Shown here piece by piece: positions 28,901-37,448 of a stretch of 64,000 nt of DNA. The notes under the pieces were generated by a model that did no database searches, was not told the origin of the DNA, and saw only the letters and a list, made by a program, of their open reading frames with translations. This DNA comes from a virus. How positions within the stretch are numbered: the first letter of the stretch is position 1; each line of letters starts with the position of its first letter. The position numbers and the translations under genes are program-made. The stretch is from the IMG/VR virus record IMGVR_UViG_3300014911_000001, positions 111,797 through 175,796 of that record; one strand, 5' to 3'.

Positions 28901-31275
28901 AAGAGGAGGGTGATCTTTTAAATAGACTCATAGCACGTTACATGGCGCTTGTATCGCAAGATATGAAATATTTACAGCAGTTACCACCTACCCCTATAGT
29001 TGATATGGAAGCGGTGCCTACTGATGATGAACTTATACATAGGAAAAATAGTGGTTTATGGGAGCATTTAAAGCAGCATTACACAGAGTTTGTAAAATTG
29101 GAAGCTGTATTGTCACAGAAATTTGGTGATGAATTCTTTAAGGATTTTGATGAACGGGTAAAAGCTGAGCGTGAGGAATTACGGAAACTAGAAGGTGGTG
29201 GATTATACCGTTGGGTTGTTGCAGATCGCTACCGTGAAATAATTAATGATGAATATGTGACATATGGTATACCGTGGCAAAGTTTGAAGGATCAGGCACC
29301 CTTTGATGAATTGTTGCCATTGGTAAAACAGAGACATGCTGTTGTTGTCAGTCTTATGAGGAATTTGTTTGAACTAGGAAAGAATTCTTCTGAGCATGAT
29401 TTCTGGGCCGCGGCTTCTTCAAGATTTGAAAATAGGCTGTCCTTCTTTAACAATGGTCTTGATCAGATCGCTGCTGAATACGGTGATAATTCAATGGAGA
29501 TAATTGAATTTTATGATAATGCTTTGGTGAAGGAGCAGGATTATTTATCAGCTCTCGAAGAGGCTTATGAGAGTCAGTTGGTTAGGGAGGAAAAGAAAGA
29601 ATCTATAGAGAAAAAGGATATGCCATCCAGTACTATACCACCAGCTGGTACTCCAAATCGTCTGCCTGAGTTAGAAGCAAAATATAAGGAGATCATAGGA
29701 TATGAACGAGATCTATTAGAAGCGGCACAGGATTTAAAAGATCCTTATTGGAAGAATGCATTGGAGGAGTTTAACAAGCGTGTGGCTAATTATGAGGGAG
29801 ATATTAAGGAGGCCGCGGGCCCAGATTTAGAAAAAATTTATGAGAATGCTATAGCTTATGAGACAATGATGCTTGATAATTATAAGACCAAATATCAGAA
29901 GCAGAGGGCTATTGGGGATTATACGAAGCCGCCAATGCCCCAGCATGTGGCGCCGGTAACAGTGCCAAAAGCAAAAGTAGTACCACCTCCTAAGGAGATG
30001 ATTATTGTTCCGGATGATGAGATTGAAATGTGGCGTGATTTGTTAGATTTTGTGGCTGATCATTGGATCGGTTCTAGTAAGTTTAGGGATATTGATTTAA
30101 CAGAAAAGATAGATGCTACTGATATAGACCATTCTTTCCAGAGTATAAAATCGGCGTTACGCGAGGCTTGGAATCGTTATAGTGAGATAGATCTGAGAGC
30201 TATTGCTGTGCATGTAACTGATAGCCATCCAGCTAGTGATAGCTATCTGGTAGGATCATCATTGTGTAGGCCATTTCTTATAGAGGGTCAAGAGGAAAAG
30301 ACAAATCGTAAAGAGGGAGGTGCATATACAATTTATCATATAATGATTGGTAATGGGTTTAGTAGAAATATTGATCATGAGATAATAGGTTATGATACGC
30401 ATTATGATGGCAGGATAATGACAAGTCGACCATTAACCCAAAAAGCATATCATGTAGGTGGATTGAATCATCTTGCTGTTGCGGTTGCATGGGTAGGTGC
30501 TACATTTGCGGATATAAGAAGCCCTAATGTACAATCTTTTGCAACAGTTTGGGGAATACAAACAGTTACACCATATGCTTTTATATCATTTTGGGATAAT
30601 GTTATCGAACCAGCTTTACATTCATTGGAAACACCAACATATGATACATTGAGGGAAAGAGCATTTGATGTATTAAGTGATTCTGGATGGATTGATAGTA
30701 ACTTCTTCACTAATAAGAAAACAAAGGGAGTTGTACCTTTTACAGAGAAATTCTATGAAGTTGCACCTGTATATGATTTTACTTATTATTTAAAAAATGA
30801 GTTAGAGGTTGCATGGCCTGGGTATGGGGAATTGCTTTCACCTGGCAAAATGTCTGCTAAAGGTTGTGCGTGGAAGCGTGGTGTCAGAGAGGCAGGGGTA
30901 TATGTAGAAAAACATGCAGGGAAATGGCGGCTTGGCACTATATATGGTATGAGTAGAATGGCTTGGGATAGATTAGTAAAGACAGTAGGTATTCTCAATA
31001 TGTTATTTAGACAGGCATTAGGTAAGGATATTATTATAGCGGGTCATTCGGAATTATATGGATTTATACCCTCATCATTGGGGCAAAAAGGTAAGGTTTG
31101 TCCAGGATTTAATTTACGTGGTAATCGTAGAGGCAATAATGACTTATTATCAGATATAAAATATGCGAAGGCATATTTACCAGATTTGGGTTATGAGTTA
31201 TGGCTATCACCAACCGCAGAGAAATATTGGGAGAAATATTTTAAAGCTGTTATTAAGGCTATAGGAGAATCATAA
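25879..31275 (+). CDS. Tail-associated lysin: degenerate M23/LytM domain, Pro/Glu linker and C-terminal Amidase_2 (N-acetylmuramoyl-L-alanine amidase)
   Basis: M23 scaffold AVYALNEGVV...GYIVRVKN...TEYRNL...IKPGEKVLGGQYLG; amidase motifs IAVHVT, YHIMIG, GRIMTSRP...AYHVGGLN...VAWVG, IAGHSE, KVCPG; RBS AGGAGG. Confidence 0.75.
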   Translation: MPEDSKKPRLDYRTAIIGTVPVIVTDFRVVENFSYQQIQTLRMDNNVIYQIPGRNLYVIIGLEFPDGYSINTGLRELHAMMFLAPIVPIYSPWLNDMVIASFDQYRGLAELMGVNTDVNIYALRRLTMRSVESPYAIGVEMEIAPMDLDAARLKPQFLVDEEAARAKSEFIARLFELYETMKRSEDPLAYLDGFTSIYNDYKRAVANKVVDFLWQSELFKRWISIMYPEGDKSLLPVQGVRLKRQLGIWRQTPFANIVIHYLHMADDIVSLRDEIHKYVSDVASSTAKMIRDYVADYEQIQQVGAPRRFFQVLQTLYNSIKGGIRTRVDSSLMGTIAFGNQIREMLLEVALRMDNGQRGKFTNYVQRILSLTAGPNLVVPEMMMEGESAIVTMSDFLTRFFAELGKKLDTDSYKIFVDLFADVMSERIAYWELFSKVMKYETFDFGKYRATPTRWEYTVTNKFVPLRIGDAVAPLLQHLGTDSPIFRVQYACGDGLAIRQLKQLRDDVDKAVQQINEIGSYFPWITRYIEPIILSSTDGLIEFLGMQHAVLDSVSINPMEEAAMVAEATCTFVASDITIFDYEQFEFADTVGANNLSCLLLFYALRKWYQEIFGKDLPPSGTVAETVQPLKEGEDISKLRIPFKLFDVMDSQNVTKRAFQYAMTLSKAENQNYYNFTIYNSDKKAVYALNEGVVTNVTNNLVDGYIVRVKNGDFVTEYRNLGKLAEDIKPGEKVLGGQYLGEARFFASGTYPTEVQEKEVKMLPNLLGLGVPEVVQEYKKKVKTSGPAPYGVFVLFMYKNIPLDLEIYKGKEVFEKAANISAPTDIYAYFWTHTKDDKITWAGHTYDVKNNPYVQGYVNSVLGGIPILESISNRVFDEKTFFDVLIRLLMEKCMTCVSSFDIAGLEQKLANELGMEPASATDKAVPTQEEYVPVLGRPYFTHPSLEEMKLPEPQLPPKVTPAPEEGKMEVPEEKVEKPQLSAPKELPEEAPPVEVPPSEPPMIEEGEKEEGDLLNRLIARYMALVSQDMKYLQQLPPTPIVDMEAVPTDDELIHRKNSGLWEHLKQHYTEFVKLEAVLSQKFGDEFFKDFDERVKAEREELRKLEGGGLYRWVVADRYREIINDEYVTYGIPWQSLKDQAPFDELLPLVKQRHAVVVSLMRNLFELGKNSSEHDFWAAASSRFENRLSFFNNGLDQIAAEYGDNSMEIIEFYDNALVKEQDYLSALEEAYESQLVREEKKESIEKKDMPSSTIPPAGTPNRLPELEAKYKEIIGYERDLLEAAQDLKDPYWKNALEEFNKRVANYEGDIKEAAGPDLEKIYENAIAYETMMLDNYKTKYQKQRAIGDYTKPPMPQHVAPVTVPKAKVVPPPKEMIIVPDDEIEMWRDLLDFVADHWIGSSKFRDIDLTEKIDATDIDHSFQSIKSALREAWNRYSEIDLRAIAVHVTDSHPASDSYLVGSSLCRPFLIEGQEEKTNRKEGGAYTIYHIMIGNGFSRNIDHEIIGYDTHYDGRIMTSRPLTQKAYHVGGLNHLAVAVAWVGATFADIRSPNVQSFATVWGIQTVTPYAFISFWDNVIEPALHSLETPTYDTLRERAFDVLSDSGWIDSNFFTNKKTKGVVPFTEKFYEVAPVYDFTYYLKNELEVAWPGYGELLSPGKMSAKGCAWKRGVREAGVYVEKHAGKWRLGTIYGMSRMAWDRLVKTVGILNMLFRQALGKDIIIAGHSELYGFIPSSLGQKGKVCPGFNLRGNRRGNNDLLSDIKYAKAYLPDLGYELWLSPTAEKYWEKYFKAVIKAIGES

Positions 31276-34200
31276 TGCCAGAGGATAGAACAAATATTAT
31301 CTCCGATCCAAGCTCTAAGCCTACTGGAGATGGGAAGACTAAAGATAAGGGTTATGGGATGTTGCCTCTAACAGCTAATTTGTTTTTAGATGATATGCTT
31401 CAATTTACGAATGAAGCATTTCCTCTTGCATCTGCGATGTCTATATTGAGTGGTGATTATCATTTTATTGTGCGTAATTGGACGACGGCTTACCCAGATA
31501 GGTATATACCTGACAGGATTTTAAATAAGAGGGGGTCGACGCCTCTATTCTACTATGATAGTGATATAGGAATTAACAATAAAGTTATACGTGCTCTTGT
31601 TAATGAGACTCGGTATCAGGCTAATATGATTCTTAATCAGTTGGCGGCGTTTACTAATATGCCGGAGGATCTTATTGAATCTATTAAGCAACAATTAAAG
31701 AAATTTTATGGACCTGAGGCCGCCAATAAGTTTGAAAATGAAATTAAAAAACATACTTACGGGAAGAAGTTAGATTTAAAGGAATACAGGAAATTTCTTG
31801 AACAATTTAAAGAGCTTTATTTAGATGATTCGCGGCTTCAGTACTTGCTTGACTCATCGGATAAGCAGACAAGCAAGTTGTTAGGTGGCTTGGATGCGCG
31901 GCTTGGTCTATTATCATGGTTAAATGTCCGCAATTACGCGCGCTTATACATTAAGCTTTTGGAGCTCAAGGAGATATTGGAGCAGATTGGAAAGGGAGAG
32001 GGAGCCGTGCCTCCTGATGCTGATGCGCTTAATCTTATAAAGGCGATGATAATAGCTAAGTACAAGGTTGATAATCCCAAGGCATCAGAAGCAGATATTT
32101 CAGCTAAGGCTGCTGAGATAGATGCTGCTTTTGGTGATGAAGCAAAGTTAGCACAAGTGTTGACAAAATATGGTAAGGAGCTCGCTGACATATATAGTTC
32201 ATATGATAAATTAAGTAAGTTTGTCGATAAGCTTATTAATGTTTGGACAAATGATCCATTTTTTAGCGGGTTGTTATCGGCGTATAGGGCAGAGAATAGA
32301 AGTATTACTGAAATTTTATGGTTGGCAAGGGATATTGCCCATGTTGATGCCGTGTTTGCGGCTAAAAATGTAGAAGATGCTGTGAATACCTATTTCCAGC
32401 ATTCCCTTATGGTGGGTCCTAAAGAATTTGAAACACAGTTAGATATTTTGTACCGCATTCTGGTTACATATCCTCTAGAGGTTGCCTATAAAGTGAACCG
32501 AATTTATCCAACATTCAGGATTTTCCTTGTTCATCCGGGTACGGGGCTTATTTACTCATTCAGAGACTTTTATTCACCAAAGGCTGTTGAGAGTATTGAT
32601 ATTTATAGAGACAAGTTAGGCACGGCAGATGTATGTCGTATAACGGTTTCCAATCGGGGTGGTCAGTTTGTAACAGATCTCCCAGCATTTCTTGAGCCAC
32701 ATGATATTATTGATGCAGGGGGTGCAAGGACACCTCTTATGTTGAAGCCCGGCATGTATCTTATTGTAAAATTAGGTTATGCTAATTTGGAGAATGATCT
32801 TAGGACTAGGTTTATAGGGCGCATAACAGATGTACAAATGCAGGAAGGGCGCATTGTTGTTATGGCACAAGGTCTTGGTACTCAGTTGTTGATGGTACCC
32901 GGGCAGGATGAGGATCATAAGGGTGAGATTAAAGTCAAAGATGGCGGAATATTAAGGTTATTGGGGTTTGGTTCTATTATAAGTAGTTATGGGGCGCTTA
33001 TTGCTCATTTATTATTGCAGACGCGCGGGCTTGGTGATCTAGGTCGCCGTGTGAGTTTATTCCGTAGGTGGGAGCTAGGGTATCGTGGAGGTATATATAA
33101 GACACATCGCGGGCCTATCATGTTTAGTTTGTCCAATGCATTAAATAGACTTCTTCATAATACGGCGCATCTTTTACCGTTTTTTGCTAAAAAAATAGTA
33201 GGTGTTTTTAAACATTCACCATTATATCATTTTCTGCCTGCGAAAACGCGTGAGAATATAGATAAAATGATTGATGCCTTGCCTTTATTGCCAACTATAA
33301 TGGATGCATACCGTCATTATCGAGATGTAACACATAATATTGGTGCGCTTATGGAGAATATTTATATTGATGCTGGTGTTGGTGGGGCTAGTACATATAC
33401 AGGCGCGGGTAAGTTTGCGTGGGATATATGGGCTCAATACTTGAGAAGTATATTTGGTGGTATTGGACGTGGGCGTTCAGCTAAAGACATTCAATCGCAG
33501 CAGAGACCTATTAATAGTGAGGTGGTTCCATGGGGTATTGAGTACTATACTCGTGCAAAGTCCCTATATGATTGCTTGAAGGAAGTAGCATGGTTCTTCC
33601 CCGGATATATTTTATATACACCGTTTTATAATGAGGATTTTGTGTATAGTGCGCGGGCCACTATATTTATAGGTCAGAAGACATTTTATTACAGATACAG
33701 AGATGATTTATATTCAAGGGTTGAGGATGGTCCTGTTATCAAGAAAGCATTATTGGAAATCATTGATGATGCGATACAGAATATAGGTAAATTAAAGAAA
33801 GTTGACTGGGTTTATCGTTATGGGCAATTGTTTTATCTATTTCCTGATATAAATTCCATCTTGGGCAAGTACAGCTCTTCACGTATGAGGTCATTGCCGA
33901 CAACACAGCCAGGGAAACTTCCCGGTTATTTAGATCTAGTTTCTGGCGGTCGTGCACATGCTGTTCCACAAACGGTAACAGAAAGTAAAGGTGATATAAC
34001 CGGGGAGGAGTTTAGGGTTCAATTGCAGGATCTTAGGACTCTTATCGAAACAGAGGGTGAATCATTACATAAAACGGAGAAGAACATCTTCCACTTAAAG
34101 TTCTTGTTTAGACCTGAAAATTATTCTCCCGATGTTTATAACTATGTATTATCGATGAAGCCGGAGGTTGCGTTGCATATGGTATCAGCGCGCCCGCTTC

Positions 34201-35288
34201 AAAAAACCCACTTTATTAATAGTGAAGAGGATATTATAGCCAACAATCTTGCCGCCAATGCAACTGATATGCATAATGCGGTGGCTTATTATTTCCCCCA
34301 CGATCCATTTATGTGGGCTCCGGGGATAGCAGTGCCGGGGCCTGATGAAAATAAATTTGATAACTTCTTTATGTATGTGTTGGATGATTCGATTCCTGAT
34401 GATATATTAACACCTGTTGAATTTTATGAGCCGAATTCCGATCCCAATGTATGGTTTGACTGGCGTCGCAGTTTGGCATTCAAGAAGCGTGTAAAGAAAA
34501 AAATTCTGGAGCCAAAGGATCTATTAGAAGCATTCCAATTTTTGCCGGCTTACATGATGCAGCCGCTTAACAAACTTATGGAAGAGATTGCTAAGATGTA
34601 TGCGGGTGAAGTCATTATTGTTGGTATGCCCACAATCGATCCGTGGGATATAGTTTACATGATGGATCTAACTAATGATATGGTTGGTTTACTAGAAGTA
34701 GAAGGGGTTACTGAGCATTTTAGTGTTGAGACTGGTTATGTTACCGTCATACATCCATCACTTTATACTACTATTGATATGCTTGATAAGTATAGGGCGA
34801 GTGTATTGCATCGTGTGTTTCATACAGTTTATGCGTCGACATTAAAAGGTGCTATTTTAAAGGCGGTATTGACGGCTTTTGGATTAGCCATATTTGGACC
34901 ATTCATAGGTGCGGCGGCCGCCTTCATAGGTATATCAGCTGGTTGGTTGCTGATACCATTAATCATATATAAAGTAACCACAGGTGTTTATAAGACTTTG
35001 AAGGAACATACAAGTCTGATGGTATTTAATGCAGCTAGGGTTATGTTAAGGAATGCTTTATCATTTATACCTGTATGGTATAAGGGATTCCCATATGTGG
35101 CAGGGATACAGGGTTACAGAAGAGATACCATAGAGGTTATGATGTTGGATAAGTATCGTAATAATCCTGTGATACGGACGTTCATTGGCATAGATCCGTA
35201 TCGGCTGTGGTATAATCAGGGGAAAATAGATAATTGGTATATATTTGGGACATTCTTTAAGTCTTTAATTGGATTTTATCCATTCTGA
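31275..35288 (+). CDS. Baseplate hub protein (T4 gp27 / phage late control D-like) with a C-terminal hydrophobic hairpin
   Basis: CRITVSN...LKPGMYLIVKLGY...RFIGRITDV...VMAQGLG; KSLYDCLKEVA; GEVIIVGMPTIDPWDIVYM...EVEGVTEHFSVETGYVTVI. Confidence 0.75.
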   Translation: MPEDRTNIISDPSSKPTGDGKTKDKGYGMLPLTANLFLDDMLQFTNEAFPLASAMSILSGDYHFIVRNWTTAYPDRYIPDRILNKRGSTPLFYYDSDIGINNKVIRALVNETRYQANMILNQLAAFTNMPEDLIESIKQQLKKFYGPEAANKFENEIKKHTYGKKLDLKEYRKFLEQFKELYLDDSRLQYLLDSSDKQTSKLLGGLDARLGLLSWLNVRNYARLYIKLLELKEILEQIGKGEGAVPPDADALNLIKAMIIAKYKVDNPKASEADISAKAAEIDAAFGDEAKLAQVLTKYGKELADIYSSYDKLSKFVDKLINVWTNDPFFSGLLSAYRAENRSITEILWLARDIAHVDAVFAAKNVEDAVNTYFQHSLMVGPKEFETQLDILYRILVTYPLEVAYKVNRIYPTFRIFLVHPGTGLIYSFRDFYSPKAVESIDIYRDKLGTADVCRITVSNRGGQFVTDLPAFLEPHDIIDAGGARTPLMLKPGMYLIVKLGYANLENDLRTRFIGRITDVQMQEGRIVVMAQGLGTQLLMVPGQDEDHKGEIKVKDGGILRLLGFGSIISSYGALIAHLLLQTRGLGDLGRRVSLFRRWELGYRGGIYKTHRGPIMFSLSNALNRLLHNTAHLLPFFAKKIVGVFKHSPLYHFLPAKTRENIDKMIDALPLLPTIMDAYRHYRDVTHNIGALMENIYIDAGVGGASTYTGAGKFAWDIWAQYLRSIFGGIGRGRSAKDIQSQQRPINSEVVPWGIEYYTRAKSLYDCLKEVAWFFPGYILYTPFYNEDFVYSARATIFIGQKTFYYRYRDDLYSRVEDGPVIKKALLEIIDDAIQNIGKLKKVDWVYRYGQLFYLFPDINSILGKYSSSRMRSLPTTQPGKLPGYLDLVSGGRAHAVPQTVTESKGDITGEEFRVQLQDLRTLIETEGESLHKTEKNIFHLKFLFRPENYSPDVYNYVLSMKPEVALHMVSARPLQKTHFINSEEDIIANNLAANATDMHNAVAYYFPHDPFMWAPGIAVPGPDENKFDNFFMYVLDDSIPDDILTPVEFYEPNSDPNVWFDWRRSLAFKKRVKKKILEPKDLLEAFQFLPAYMMQPLNKLMEEIAKMYAGEVIIVGMPTIDPWDIVYMMDLTNDMVGLLEVEGVTEHFSVETGYVTVIHPSLYTTIDMLDKYRASVLHRVFHTVYASTLKGAILKAVLTAFGLAIFGPFIGAAAAFIGISAGWLLIPLIIYKVTTGVYKTLKEHTSLMVFNAARVMLRNALSFIPVWYKGFPYVAGIQGYRRDTIEVMMLDKYRNNPVIRTFIGIDPYRLWYNQGKIDNWYIFGTFFKSLIGFYPF

Positions 35289-35878
35289 TGGTTGTCGATT
35301 ATGTAAATAAGTTAGAGTTTTATGATGCTGATCGGATGCTCGGGCTCTTTAGGGTAAGGCAAGGGCTTTATGTTGGTTATGTGATCAATTTACGCCTTGG
35401 TCAAAAGTTTGATGATGCTGATTTATTTTTATGGTTTCATTCGGAGAATCCCAGTCCTTATGATGGTAATAAACCTGTTGATGAGACAGATCATTTAGAT
35501 CCCCCTCATTACATAAGTTTACTTTTACCTGTTTTTACTCATGGTATAAAGGGGACGACTGTTTCACCATTAGAGGCATCGATTGTTAGTGCGCCTTCTG
35601 CATATGGTTCAAAGGATAGTGCATCAGTAACGGATGGTGAGGGCCACGGCTTATTCGTAAGTAATAATACAGTAACAATCAATGCAGAAGATGCTGGCAT
35701 TACACTTGGGCGTGACGGTATTTATATAAAAGGTAGAGTATTGTTTGAGGAGCCATCCAATACTTATGGATGGTTCAGGAAAAACCCTATGGCAATAATA
35801 CCTTCTACTGTTGTTACTCCGTTTCCTGATTTATCGATTGATGTTGAGATGTTAAGCAAGCTAATACCGGGCTTATAA
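35288..35878 (+). CDS. Putative baseplate central spike (gpV/gp5-like)
   Basis: Lies between hub and gp25; short beta-strand repeats HGLFVSNNTVTINAEDAGITLGRDGIYIKG. Confidence 0.55.
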   Translation: MVVDYVNKLEFYDADRMLGLFRVRQGLYVGYVINLRLGQKFDDADLFLWFHSENPSPYDGNKPVDETDHLDPPHYISLLLPVFTHGIKGTTVSPLEASIVSAPSAYGSKDSASVTDGEGHGLFVSNNTVTINAEDAGITLGRDGIYIKGRVLFEEPSNTYGWFRKNPMAIIPSTVVTPFPDLSIDVEMLSKLIPGL

Positions 35879-36357
35879 TGGTGGATTTGCACATAAATCA
35901 TTTAGGATTGCTCGGTGATGATGTTTTTATCGATACTGATAAGAACGAGTATCTTGCTGATTTTATCGCATTTTTGTTGCGCACTACTCCCGGAAGTATT
36001 GATATTTATCCAGAGCTGGGTGTAGGTGTTTATGATATGATCGGTGAATTCTGGTCCAAGGAGAAGAAAAAGCACATTACATTGGCTATAAAAAGGAAGC
36101 TTAATGATCTGCCTCAGATAGGAAACAGAGTCGCTCGTATTACTGTGTCAAGGGTTGTGGAAAAGGGTGATACCTATTTATTCATTGGTATAACGCTTAT
36201 TACTGGCGAACGATATTTTTACACATTAGTTATGAATGAACATGGATTAAGGTTATCGAAAGGGGGTAGGGATGAGGTGTATGATGAATATGTAGAAATG
36301 TTGGCAAAGGTAGAGTTTAAGGATGAAGATTTCAATAGCATTATGGAGCTATTATGA
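35878..36357 (+). CDS. Baseplate wedge / sheath initiator (gp25/gpW-like)
   Basis: LLRTTPGSIDIYPELGVGVYDMIG motif; precedes baseplate J. Confidence 0.8.
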   Translation: MVDLHINHLGLLGDDVFIDTDKNEYLADFIAFLLRTTPGSIDIYPELGVGVYDMIGEFWSKEKKKHITLAIKRKLNDLPQIGNRVARITVSRVVEKGDTYLFIGITLITGERYFYTLVMNEHGLRLSKGGRDEVYDEYVEMLAKVEFKDEDFNSIMELL

Positions 36358-37448
36358 TTACCAAAACGGCAATCAAAAATATATTAGCTGATGCTGGCTT
36401 TGACACAACAGATGGTTCACATCTGGATAGGCTGGTTGATGCTATGTATGATGTTACGCAGCAGCTGTTTTCTTCATGGGATATAAATCTTGATGCTTTT
36501 AATGTTGATGCTCTTTCTGGTGGTGATCTTGATCGAGTTGGTGATTTCTTTGGTATAACACGGTTACCTGCATTGAGAGCAAGTGATCCATTGGGTGTGA
36601 TTTTAAAGGTAACCAATGAAACTGATGATCCTATTACATTGCCAACGGGGGTATTAGTTAGGTCAGCTGATTGTAATTATGTTTTAACAAATGAAGCCGC
36701 CATTACCATCGAACCACATGATTCAGTATTTGTTCCATTTGAGGCATTAATTGAGGGGACAGTAGGTAATGCTGCTGTTGGTGAGGTTAACAGCATTGAT
36801 TATGTAGGTTTATCCGTAACTAATGTATTACCTATTTTGACTGGTCGTGATGAAGAACCTGATGATTCATACCGTTATCGTCTATCGTTAGTGCGTCATA
36901 TGCGCATGGGTGTTACTGCTACGGCATTAGAGGCGCTTGCATATACATTTCCATATGTAGCTAATGCTAGTGTTGATACAGTAGGCGCGGGCTTAATAAC
37001 CGTTTTTGTTGAACCAGTTATAGGTTATTATGACCCAGCATTGTCCTATTATGTTAAACTATATTTGCAGCGTTTTACGGCAGCTGGCGATTTATTAACG
37101 GTTCTTATGCCATCTGTAAAGGTTGTTGAATTAGATATAGCATACAAATCACGGACTGATTATACTGCAGAAATCTATAACATTGTTGTTGATTATTTAT
37201 TGAATCAAACATGGTCATTTTCAATTACTGAGATAATAGAAAGAATTTATGATTCCGTCGGGCCTATTGATCTATATATAAGGTCTTGTTATGTTGGTGA
37301 TTTGGATCTTAAGACAATGACTGTTTACAACAGGATACCTATTATTGATGAGTATTTACCTGAACGACGGGAGGAACCTGAGGTGCCTGTTTTCTCATCT
37401 GTGCGGTTTTATACCAATTCAGATTTTATTAAGATAACTAGATTATGA
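36354..37448 (+). CDS. Baseplate J/gp47-like wedge protein
   Basis: LSGGDLDRVGDFFGITR; EGTVGNAAVGEVN; VTN...GRDEEPDDSYRYRL; GAGLITVFV. Confidence 0.9.
   Translation: MITKTAIKNILADAGFDTTDGSHLDRLVDAMYDVTQQLFSSWDINLDAFNVDALSGGDLDRVGDFFGITRLPALRASDPLGVILKVTNETDDPITLPTGVLVRSADCNYVLTNEAAITIEPHDSVFVPFEALIEGTVGNAAVGEVNSIDYVGLSVTNVLPILTGRDEEPDDSYRYRLSLVRHMRMGVTATALEALAYTFPYVANASVDTVGAGLITVFVEPVIGYYDPALSYYVKLYLQRFTAAGDLLTVLMPSVKVVELDIAYKSRTDYTAEIYNIVVDYLLNQTWSFSITEIIERIYDSVGPIDLYIRSCYVGDLDLKTMTVYNRIPIIDEYLPERREEPEVPVFSSVRFYTNSDFIKITRL

Noticed and set aside
4147-37448. Non-viral contractile injection system (eCIS, tailocin or T6SS)
   Set aside because: Capsid and neck genes sit directly upstream, indicating a complete phage.
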